DNA from: Octopus vulgaris
Taxonomy: Eukaryota
Length of the DNA stretch: 64,000 nt
Direction: 5' to 3'
Assembly: GCA_951406725.2 (NCBI GenBank)
Contig: OX597821.1
Coordinates: 118,792,001-118,856,000 of the forward strand
Of the stretch, positions 12,283 through 25,000 are shown in pieces; position 1 is the stretch's first letter, and each line of letters begins with the position of its first letter. The translations under genes were made by a program, and so were the position numbers. Under the pieces are notes generated by a model. The model did not search any database. It was not told the origin of the DNA and saw nothing but the letters and a program-made list of their open reading frames with translations.

Positions 12283-15200
12283 TTTGCTCATCTCAGTAGC
12301 AAACCAAACTCTTGTACTTGGATAAGAACAATGGATGTATTAAAAGATTTAGTATCGACGAAAGAAAGACATGGAAATTGCTTTTGGAACACTTTTCATC
12401 TGAAGTCTGTGAGAATATGACATCTGGCTGAACAATAACAAAAATAAACTCTTAGAAAATTTAAAACAAACGAAAACCTTGTGAATACTCGTTCGTTTAC
12501 CCTTAAACAGCAACATATTTTATTTCCCGATTCCAAAAGACAATATTAACTCTATTTTGTCTAAACTCATTTCTCCATATTACCAAACTCAGAAGATATG
12601 TGATGAGATTTCAGTAATATTTTTAAGATTATTAATTTACATAAGAATGATCATAAATATGGAATGCAAATGTTATTCAAACCATGTAGCAAGTGTTGAT
12701 TATATATGGTTACAAACAAGGAGTTGTGTGTTCGAATCACATCAGGAATTCCTATTTTATTCTTCTTTGTATATTTTATACGTGAACATAAATACTTTGT
12801 TTATATGTAAACATATGTTCACAGTTCAATAAAATTAATTTAACGATCAATATTTTAAATGTTCTTTTAGTTATCACAACAATATATGTCCTAACCTGAG
12901 ACATTCCGGGTACGTACCCTAACAAGCGATGACATCTCAGATCAAACAGTGGACTAATATTATTGTTTAGCATTTTCATAACATGATAAATCATGAAGAA
13001 TTTCTGGAGGATAATTTTGCAAAATATGTTGAAACTGTCGATGCCATCTTTCACCAAATAAACATTCACAGCAACACAAAACAATTCATTAAGCAAAACA
13101 ATTAATTAAGCAACCAAAGCCTCTAATGTTTTTCTTTAACCGCTCAGTTGAGATTTTCTCATTGAATCTCCTATTTTACAAAAATCATTCTGATGTTCTC
13201 GTTACTAACACTGTCTTTATCAGATACTGATAAATACTGATAAATCATTAATCCCCTCTAATCACTCGCAATTGACTGTAAAAACATGATATTTACTGAG
13301 GGAATCTGGCAGTTTTATTAATATTTCTGTTAGTCGCCGTTTAACTTGCTCTATCACTCATTAGTCTTATCTTGCAAACAGTATCCTCTTGAAGTGAATC
13401 AAACCTTGTATTTGGACGAAGACGAAGTTTGGTGGATGAGGTGATTGATAAAGTATCACAAAGAAAAGACACTGTTATCATAAATCTGCTACATTTATGA
13501 CAGGTGTGACTCTATATAGTAACATGAAGTATATTATTCAACAGCATAAAGTCAATGAGACAAACAGACAGATCATCAAATAGTATTCTTACCGAATCCA
13601 CGTTTGTCAACTATAACTTGTTGACACTTGGGACAATTTTTAGGCTCATTTTCTGAACAGCAATCTTTGCATGTAACAGTGTGCTCACATGGTTGAAACG
13701 TCACTGTAGCTTCACTAGATTTACACAGCAGACATCTGTTGAACAAAACATAGAGACATATCACTGATAACATTCATTTATAACAAATATTGCATTGAGT
13801 ACATGTTTAGAGTACAGAATATTATGAGACACTGCTAGGACCAGTAAAAGTACATAAAAATATCTTCGTTAAAAAATTACGTAAATGCAAATGTTTTTGT
13901 ATATGAATTCTACGCTCACACGTGTATGTGTGTGTGTGTGTGTGTGAGGCATTCACATACATATTGTTAAATATATGTCTTGACTCTGGAACATCACAAA
14001 AAATTGCTTTACACACAACGAGCTACATATATTCCAGAAACATACTTCAATTCTTGTAGAGGGACAATTTCTTCTGAACAAAACCTAATCTGTTTAACAA
14101 GTTCTCTAAACGTAGACAATTCCTTTTGAATTGTATGGATGGACAGATAGAATACAATTGCCCTAGCTTCTTGTATTTGTGAACAATGTGTTACAAACCA
14201 GGCCACAGTTCAATAATAAAACAATGCCCCAAGCAACATGTCTGATATGCACATACCAAACCTGAGGATAGTTTTGAAGACTGATGAGTTGAATGCAATG
14301 AATGACAGCTTTCTATCTGCCTTCAATGCACAACTAATCTCTTGATGATCCCAGTCTAAGAAAAAGGTAAAAAATTGTTCTATGATGGATGGGATATAGA
14401 AAACAGCCCAACTACCAAACTGGTCCTTTCAGTGCCTGACCTGTGTGTCTTTTCCAACCATGGCTGTCAAACAAAAACAACCCATTCACAGGGAAATTGC
14501 GGATATCTGACGTAACATATATACAAACAAAAACACCTTACAGAATTGCACAAATGCTCTGCATCCAAACCCGCCCCTAGTTAAAGCTGAATCCAGGTTT
14601 ATAGAGAAGGCCATGTTATCTGCCATACATGATGTAATAATGTTTTTGGTGCATCTGAAGAAATCATTGATTTATAAACATTTTCTCTACAACTTGTCCA
14701 CATCAAATGTGTTCCTCCAAAAACATGTTCTCTGCTTCATTAGATTGAATCATAACCAAAATTAATTAGATTAACCTTCTACTGAGGCATGTGCATACTG
14801 TCTAGCTTCTAATGAGGCAGAGTGTGACTATTGAATATTTTGTTGAATCTATTTGTACGGGGGAAGTGCTTATTTACTAAGCTAAGAAACATCTTACTCG
14901 GGTTTTAACACTTAAAGAGAAATTGCAGAGTGTGGTATAACAATCAACACAACCAACCAATCATGTGAATGTAATCAAAATAGAGTTCTTCGACTGTATT
15001 TTCTATTTCTTGTTCTTCTTACAGTTGTTGTGTGGTCTTTGGTCAAAACACAGAATAACGTATTGGGAGGATTAAAACTAAACAAAACATATGAACATAA
15101 TTGCGTACAAAATAAAAAAAATTCTCTGCTTTGTCTTGTCATTGTTAGAGAATACTTACAGTGGTGGTGGGAAAAGCGTTTTAATTCTTTCCTTTAAATT

Positions 15201-15848
15201 TGTATCCTTTATAAGATCCAGCGGCATCATATTCCGTTTGTTTCTGTGGTAAAAGTTGGCTCCATTGTCGGCCAGATAACAAGCCACTGCTAGGCTTGAA
15301 AGCTTGCCTCCTTTGCTAAGCTGGAGCTTCTTGTAGTACTTCAAATGATGGAATATAAAAAAGACAAGTACAATATTACACAAATATAAACAAAATCATA
15401 ACATCAAGTCAAATACAAGAAATATAATGGAAATTATATATGTTAAAAATAACAGAGAACACACAGACTTATCCAAATATATCAACAATGTTTCCATAAT
15501 TAATAAAGAAACATCTTTGGATGATGAAGGTGAAGTAAAAGAAGTAAGAATTGGTGTCACGGTTGAGGAAACACACCAACACATTCTAGTTGATAAACTG
15601 TTGAAACTGTTAGTCTGACAGACAATTCCAGTAATGGAGGGAGAAGGGCATTTGACTGCCAGAATAGCTTCTTCGTATCAAAGTGGACATTTCCACAACA
15701 CAAAGATGACCATCAAATGTCTGAAATACAGTCACAAATCTGTAGAGACCGTTACTCATGTGGGAATCAGTGAGTTGCTTCAAGTGCGCAAAATTTGACT
15801 GTAAATACTGTTAGATCTACTGATGGTTAGATGTTGATGTATTTGTAT

Positions 15849-15892
<44 letters not shown>

Positions 15893-15999
15893 ACACAGTA
15901 AGTAAACAAATGACAGAGACACTCAACCAATTCATTGGAAGTTACATGTATGGATCAAAACAGTTTGGATCATTAAACTATTTTGATCCATATATATTG

Positions 16000-16045
<46 letters not shown>

Positions 16046-16371
16046 ACATATAAGGGATGGCCATATTAGGACATCCGACTCACTAGAAAGAGCAGTTAAA
16101 CTCCAAACCACTAATATCGGGTAAACGTTTTTATTTCTCTTTCCATTTCAGAATTACAACTATTAGTGGTTTGGAGTTTAACTGCACTTTCTAGTGAGTC
16201 GGATGTCTTATTATGGCCATCCCTTATATGTTTGAATGTATATTATATAGTCTATTGACTATATTTTCTTTCTCACTTGAACGCTGGTAGCGGAGAATTT
16301 TTTTGCTACCCTAAAATTTATTAATTAATAAATATAAATAAATGAATATATATATATATATATATATATAT

Positions 16372-16455
<84 letters not shown>

Positions 16456-16703
16456 CATATATACTTATATATGTATATATATTATATACTCTATTACTCT
16501 TTTACTTGTTTCAGTCATTTGGCTGCGGCCATGTTGGAGCACCACCTACAGTCGAGCAAATCGACACCTGGACTTTTTCTTTGTAAGCCCAGTACTTATT
16601 CTATCGGTCCCATTTGCCGAACCGCTAAGTGACGGGGACGTAAACACACCAGCATCGGTTGTCAAGCAATGCTAGGGGGACAAACACCGACAGACAAATC
16701 ACT

Positions 16704-16783
<80 letters not shown>

Positions 16784-16947
16784 TACGACAGGCTTCTTTC
16801 AGTTTCCGTCTACCAAATCTACTCACAAGGCATTGGTCGGCCCAGGGCTATAGCAGAAGACACTTGCCCAAGATGCCAGGCAGTGGGACTGGACCCGGAA
16901 CCATGTGGTTGATAAGCAAGCTACTTACCACACAGCCACTATGTATA

Positions 16948-16983
<36 letters not shown>

Positions 16984-18060
16984 TGTATGTATGTATGTAT
17001 GTATGTACGTATGTATGTATATTGCTTTATTGTATCCATTGTCTAGTGTTCTAACATTCAATATTGTTATGGCACGTCCATAAGAAGCCAGAGGATACAT
17101 GTTGTGTACAAGAAGTAAGACAGGGAGCTGTTTTTTCAGAATCCCTCATAGAATGGAATGGATGTATTTATCATGGCACTTGCATTCTAAAGGTTGTCAT
17201 CATGTCTCTCTGTTTCTCTTTCTATCTCTTATAAATAAATCCACACGTATATATTTACAAATAATTCTAAAACTTACCTTATCCAAGACTGTTAAGGATT
17301 CATCCTCAGAATGGAACTCCTCTTTCCTCACCGCAAGGTGAAGACAATTGTTTCCGATATCATCGACCACATTTACGTCTGCTCCTTTAGAAATGAATTC
17401 CTGCATTATTCTGAAGTTGCCGCAAGAGACAGCTTGAAGAAATGGTGTTATACCATCCCAGTTTGTTATGTTCAATTTCACCGAATCCTTTGTGGAAGTA
17501 AAAATAGAGAATGAAAATTTACATGAAAACCAGGGTGGCTATCAATGTGTCATTACTGCCTTCTACTGGGTACTTGATCAAACCGATCACGTACATTTCA
17601 TGTTTGTCAGTAAAGTTAGCCTTACATAAGGTCCCTCTATAACTTGCTATGAGTGTGTTTAAGAGACATGATAAATCTATTTAGATGTCATAAACAGATT
17701 GGTTCAGCCTAATCTATGTTTATCCCTCGCTATAGTAAGTTTTAAGGGAGTTAAACTGCACTGAGCACAAGATTAATGGATTAAGCTTGGGAAAGAAGAA
17801 CTATACGACTTTTTCTCTACATTTGATGTTAATATATTAATAAGGGGCTCAGAATAGTTATATGTATATATATAGTTATATATATAGTTATATATATATA
17901 TATATATATATATATCATCATCATCATCAAAATATAGGAACAGCCATAATAGGCTGTTCAACCTACTAGAAATAGCAGCCAAGGCTTAAACCGCAAACAA
18001 GTATTAATTCCCAAAACCAGGAGAAAATTTTAAAAAAACATTTACCCTGATATATATATA

Positions 18061-18111
<51 letters not shown>

Positions 18112-21100
18112 CTATATATATACATATATGTCAAGAAAATCGCACAGATATACACATGGTGTGTGTGTCTTGTTAGTTCATGGGCTGGTTGCATTTTTAG
18201 GTGTGAGAGAATATATTATCAATGCGTCTGGCGTTTGAAACACCTGAAAGTAAGTCATAAGCAATCAAGGCAACTCACATCATATGTATGTATGTATCTG
18301 TGGTATAGCTTTAAAGAGATTTGTTATGTCAGGGTGGAACAATGTGAGAAGGTACAAAGTAAACTACAAATGGAAAAGGGTGGACTGGGTGCCCCAGGTC
18401 GAGTGCTTTTTCGTGGCACCAGCACCAGCAGGGTGACCAAATAACTTGCAAGACAAAGGAATGAAACTGAGGGAAGTGGCTGTGTACCAGGCAGGAGGTT
18501 TGACCATGATAGGTGGGAGCAGAGATAGTTCTCTTATTATAGAGGAAATTCTTGGCTGCCTCAGTAGGACAAGGAAGGAGAAGGGAAGGGGGAGTTAGGG
18601 AGAAAATAGAGAGATAGAAATAGATGGTGGTACAGATGTATTGGGGCCTACACTAGGTGAATGGTGGGTAGGTGGAGTATAAGTATTACAAATGAGATAG
18701 GGGGTGATGTATCATAAGAGTGTGAGGGAAGATGTTTAGAGATGGGGAGGAGGGGACTGTAGCAAATGATGGAGGGAGAAACTGGAGTGGCTGGGGAGGT
18801 GGGGTATTGGTAGATAATGTGGGGGGTATTGAATGCAGATAGGCATCTGAGGTAGAGTGGAGGGGCCTGCAGCAGGTGATGATCACGGGTAGTGGGATGG
18901 GAAGTTGTTGGGAGGATGGGTCGTGAAGGTGTTTGGAGATTGTATGTAAGATAATTTCTCATAACTTTGTTCCACATCTTCCTGGATCAACCTCGCCCAC
19001 AGTTTCGCTCCACAATAAGAGATCAGCGATTTTTATGCAACCGTCCTCATTCATACACATCACATGGCCGTGCAAACGCAGTCTTCTCTCTTGCACACAA
19101 CGTCTGAGACCTCTTATACCCAAGTTTTCTCTTAAATCTTTTACAGTTTGTAGTATACATGCACATACATACATGCATGCATACATATATACATACATAC
19201 ATATATACATACATACATACATACATACATACATACATACATACATACATGTATACACATTTATATACACAAACACACATACAGCTGATATTTCTCTAAA
19301 TATCGTAGTCAGTTGACAATAGAGAGAGAAGTTTAATTAAAAAATAACAAATTAATTAGTTATAAATATACCAACCATTTTTCAAATTAATTTATGACAT
19401 AAATATATTTCTCACTTATCAAATCACAACAATTCTTCATTTTATTATATTTTTCAGTGATGGAGAAGAACAATTGCTTGTTTGGTTCATGTTCTTCAAC
19501 TAGATTTGGTATCCTATGGCATTACAGCTCAGCTATAATTTGATGGTTTTAACATACAGGCTGACAATTGTAATATATTTACCTATGTTGGTGTATTTTA
19601 TGGATTTGAGGAGAAATATATTCATGTGAGGGTTTGTGTATTTATGTGTGTGTGTGTGATATATATACATATATATATCATCATCATCATCTTCATATCA
19701 TCATTGTTTAACATCCGTTTTCTATGCTGCTAGCATGGGTTGGGCATTTCGACTGGGGTCTGGGAAGCCAGGAGACTGCACCAGCCTCCATTTTGGTCTG
19801 GCAGTGTTTCTACAACTGATAACCTTCCTAATGCCAACCATTCCGTGAGTGTAGTGGGTCCTTTTTACATGCTACAGCAAGCTAGCAACGGTCACGATCG
19901 AATGGTGATTTTTACTTGCCACCGACACGGAGCCAGTCAAGGTGGCACTGGCATCAGCCATGTTCAGAGAGTGCTTTTTGCATGCCACTTGCATTTCCAT
20001 TTGATTTTCACTTTGATGTTGATGTACTTGACTCAACAGGTCTCTTCGACACAGCAAATCACCCTACGATCCAAGGTACTTCTAAATGGGCTGCGGCTAG
20101 TTACACGAAACTGGTGTAGGATACAGCCATGAATTCATATTATTTGCTGGGTATTCACAGTCATAGGATATCTCCAGAGGTCCCGGTCTTTCGTCATAGC
20201 CTCTGTGAGGCCCAACGTACGAAGGTCATGCTTGACCACCTCATCCCATGTCTTCCTGGGTCTACCTCTACCCCAGATTCCTTCAACTGTTTGGGCGTGG
20301 CATTTCTCTCAAGGCACTTATATTATGTCGTGTGTGCACACTGACATTACACATCCAGCGGATCATGCTAGCTTCATTTCTTTCGAGCCTACACATGTCC
20401 TCCGCAATCATGGTCCATGTTTCACTGCCGTGAAGCATGGCAGTTCGCACACATGCTTTGTACAATCTACCTTTCACTCTGATTGAGAGGCCCTTTGTCA
20501 CCCGTAGGGGTAGAAGCTTTCTAAACTTTGCCCAGGTTAGTCTTATTCTAGTGGTGACACTCTCAGAGCATCAACCTCCACTTCTAACTTGGTCACTTGG
20601 GTAGCGGAAGCTATCAACTACATCTAGTTTCTCCCCCTGGAGTGTGATAGAATCTGTTTTCTGAGCATATGTGGTGTTTATTGCACCTGTGCATCTGCTG
20701 CACACGAAAGCTATCTTCCCGCTTAATCTTCCTTTGATGTTGCTGCACCTCTAACATGTCCATAGCTTACACTGGGTACGTCTTATGGAGTTTCTACCTA
20801 CACCTTTTCTACAGATCGAGCAGAGCCACCTACCTGAAGAGGTGTGTGGTGAGTTTGCCTTACTACTAGAACTTTGGTCTTTGCGACATTGACTCCAAGA
20901 CTCTTTGATTTTAAACCTTGCTTCCACACCTGAAATTTCTTCTCTAGTTCTGGTAGTGATTCTGCTATGAATGCCAGGTTATCAGCATTCTTCACTATAG
21001 TCATTGCCAATCCTAACTTTACTAACGGCCTCTCTGTACAGGGCCTGTACAGCCCTTATTAAACATTCGTCAATCTCCAGTTTCCTCATCGCCCACCAGA

Positions 21101-21985
21101 TAAGGCTTTCTCCAAGTTCACAAAATCTAAGTATAGAGGTTTATCTTTGGCTAGGTATTTCTCCTGCAGTTGTCAAACCAGGAATATAGCATCATTGGTG
21201 CTTCTACCTGGAACAAAACCAAACTGCTTCTCATCTAAGTAGACTCTCTCCCTGATGAGGTGGGCTATGACCCTCTCCGTGCCCTTCATCACCTGATCCA
21301 GCAGTTTGATACCTCTGTAGTTATTTCTATCTAGAGCATCACCTTTACCCTTGTAGCAGTTGACTATAGTGATGCTATGCCAGTCGTTGGGTATGTCTCC
21401 ATTATGAACTACCTGGTTTACAATGCGGGTGACTAGGCCATAGCCCACACCACCAGATATTTTAAGCATCTCAGCAGTGATTCCTGATGGGCCGGGGGCT
21501 TTTCCTGGCTTCATACCCTTAATTGCTTTATCTACCAGGGAGATGTCTATTCGAATAGCTGCTCCCTCTAAGGGTCAACATTTGGCAGGCTCTCCTCCTA
21601 TTCATTCTCCACGTTTAGCAGCCTTTCATAATGGCTTCTCCAAGCCTCTTTCTTTTCCGAATCGTTAAAAAGCAAGTGCACAATCATCCATGCAGACACA
21701 TTTCTCTCCTGTGACATCACAATTTTCTCTCACACACTGTCTTGCAATCCGAAATACTTCAGTTCTTTGGTGCTCATGTCGCTGAACATTGGCAAACTTC
21801 TTCTTTTCTGCTTCGCTCTTGGCTATGTATACCTGTCGCCCAGCCTCTCTTTTGGTTATCCGCAGACTTGGTCTGTGGCACTCAGCAAGCTGTCCTGTAA
21901 GAATTTCCTGCTAGCTTCTATGTCCGAGGACTGTAGTTCCTCCTCTCCCTCTCATCAAATTTCTTAATGAGGATGTCCTAAATCA

Positions 21986-22057
<72 letters not shown>

Positions 22058-25000
22058 TCTGTACAGTGCCAATACCTAGAGTAGAGTTTGGTGCAGTCTT
22101 CTGACTAACCAGCTCCTATCAAAACGTCCAACCCATGCCAGCATGGAAAATGGACGTTGAATGATGATGATGTTGATGGTAGTGGTGGTGGTGGTTGTGG
22201 TGGTGATGGCGAATGGCAGACATAAAATGTGATATATTTGGGTTAATTTCATAATAATCTTGTACACATTTCGTATAATCTAGTCATTAAAAATGGTATT
22301 GTCTGTGGTGGTGGTCAGCTGAACTGTCACCACACCATTACCATTACCATTATTATCATGTTCCTCCACATACCCTAGACCTGTCATTTAAAGGTTAGTG
22401 GGGTACAGCTGATTAAATCTACCCCCAGCATTTCACTGGTACTCTGATAATGTCAATATTGAACAGATCAATAAAATACAAGAGAGTGTATATAATATGT
22501 ATATGTCAACTAACCTGGGATAGAATCAATGCCACGACATCATAGTTTTGCCTAAAAATTATAGAAAAAAGAAAGAAACATAGAAAATATGAAAATCATA
22601 GAGGTTGAGATAATTAATAATTATTAGGTCATTAATTAATGAAAATAGATGTAATGAGCTACCTAAAACCTGTTTACATCAATAATTATATAGACGCACA
22701 TAAATATAATCGATATATACACTCTAACCAGTTGATTATTCATATATACACATCTGAATAAACACCACAATGTTTTCTATGGTACAACGAACAGCAAGTT
22801 GACCTCAGCAGGATTTGAACTCAGAATGCAAAGTGTTGTAAATACATACCAACAGTAATAAGAAACAGGAAGAGGAAAGAATCATTGAATATTACTGTTT
22901 GATATTAAATGACCCTCTAGATATCACTGGTATAGATTATATTGACCCCAGAGTGACAATAGATACTCTGGCATTATTTGAACTTGGAGCATAAAAAACA
23001 AAAGTAAATCCTGTAAGGGGGTGGTTCTGTCATTTAACCTAGGGTCAGAGGAAAAAGGGACATTATAAGAGGAGGAGGGAGAGAGAGAGAGTATGAGAGA
23101 GAGAGAGAAAGAGAGAGTAATTGGGGGTTTTACGTGGAATCAAACAAAGAAGACAAAGGATTTGAATCTGTAATGTTGTGGTATGGGGGATGAGGTGGAA
23201 TAATGGATTTAGTCAGGTGACAAGAACAAGAATAACAATAATTATGGGGACGATTAATTAATGCTGTAGATTACAGTGTCATTACACTATGAGAGAGAGT
23301 AGAAGGTTGACCCATGGTGGGAATAGGATATGATTGAGTCAATAAAACAAAACATTATTGAAAGGTAAGAAAGAGATTTGGATATTCCAGATCCAATGAG
23401 GACTTACCTGACAACTGCCAGATGTAGCGGAGTGTCACCAGATTTATTTATCATACGGACGTCAATGTCAGATTTCTTCAACAGATGTTTAACAACCTCT
23501 GTGTGACCATCAGCACTGGCCAGATGTAATGGCGTTTCACGATCATTATTCGCCGAATTTACGTTAATGCTAGACTGCTTCAGTAGATGTTCAACAACCT
23601 GTAGGTGTCCCTTCATAGAGGCGAGATGTAGTGGTGTGTTCCGATCATTATCCTCAGCATTTACATCAACATCAGACTGCTTCAGTAGATGTTCAACAGT
23701 CGCTAGGTGTCCACGAGCGGAAGCCAGAGATAGAGGTGTGTCACCGTCCTTATTCTTTACGCTGACGACCATTCCAGATCGCTGCAGTAGAAGTTTAAAA
23801 GTCTCTGGCTGTCCATTTATACATGCCCGATGTAAAGCTGTGTTGCCGTCTTTATTTTCCATACGCACGTCAATGTCGGACTTATTCAACAAATGTTTAA
23901 CAGTTTCTGTGTGACCATCAGCACTGGCCAGATGTAATGGCGTTTCACCATCATTATTCGCGGCATTTACGTTAATGCTAGACTGCTTCAGTAGATGTTC
24001 AACAACTTCTAGGTGTCCCTTCATAGAGGCGAGATGTAGTGGTGTGTTCCGATCATTATCCTCAGCATTTACATCAACATCAGACTGCTTCAGTAGATGT
24101 TCAACAGTCGCTAGGTGTCCACGAGCGGAAGCCAGAGATAGAGGTGTGTCACCGTCCTTATTCCTTACGCTGACGACCATTCCAGATCGCTGCAGTAGAA
24201 GTTTAAAAGTCTCTGGCTGTCCATTTATACATGCCCGATGTAATGCTGTGTTGCCGTATTTATTTACCATACGGACGTCAATGTCAGACTTCTTCAACAG
24301 ATGTGTAACAACCTCTGTGTGTCCATTAGCACTGGCCAGATGTAATGGCGTTTCAAGATTATTATTCGCCGAATTTACGTTAATGCTAGACTGCTTCAGT
24401 AGATGTTCAACAACCTGTAGGTGTCCCTTCATAGAGGCGCCATGTAGTGGTGTGTCCCGATCATTATCCACAGCATTTACATCAACATCAGACTGCTTCA
24501 GTAGATGTTCAACAGTCGCTAGGTGCCCCTTCATAGAGGCGAGATGTAGTGGTGTGTTCCGATCATTATCCTCAGCATTTACATCAACATCAGACTGATT
24601 CAGTAGATGTTCAACAACCTCTAGGTGTCCACGATCGCAAGCCAGAGACAGAGGTGTGTTACCGACCTTATTCTTTACGCTCATGACCATTCCAGATTGC
24701 TGCAGTAGAAGTTTAAAAGTCTCTGGCTGTCCATTTATACATGCCCGGTGTAATGCTGTGTTGCCGTATTTATTTACCATACGGACGTCAATGTCAGACT
24801 TCTTCAACAGATGTTTAACAACCTCTGTGTGTCCATCAGCACTGGCCAGATGTAATGGCGTTTCACGATCATTATTCGCCGCATTTACGTTAATGCTAGA
24901 CTGCTTCAGTAGATGTTCAACAACCTCTAGGTGTCCACGAGCGCAAGCCAGAGATAGAGGTGTGTCACCGTCCTTATTCTTTACGCTGACAACCATTCCA

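Larger units (their letters stand above)
2665..12590. repeat. Tandem array of five ~2.2-kb units (starts near 2665, 4509, 6761, 9053, 11250; degenerate remnant near 12477)
   Basis: The landmark ca(t/c)tgacattaa..c.cctg, the RT-like ORFs and a (GA)n tract recur in each unit. Unit 1 lacks ~0.4 kb and unit 5 lacks ~1 kb. Confidence 0.95.

Noticed and set aside
3323-12420. Repeated 60-190 aa ORFs in the tandem array as a protein-coding gene family
   Set aside because: They are frameshifted RT remnants or (GA)n read-through, not intact genes.
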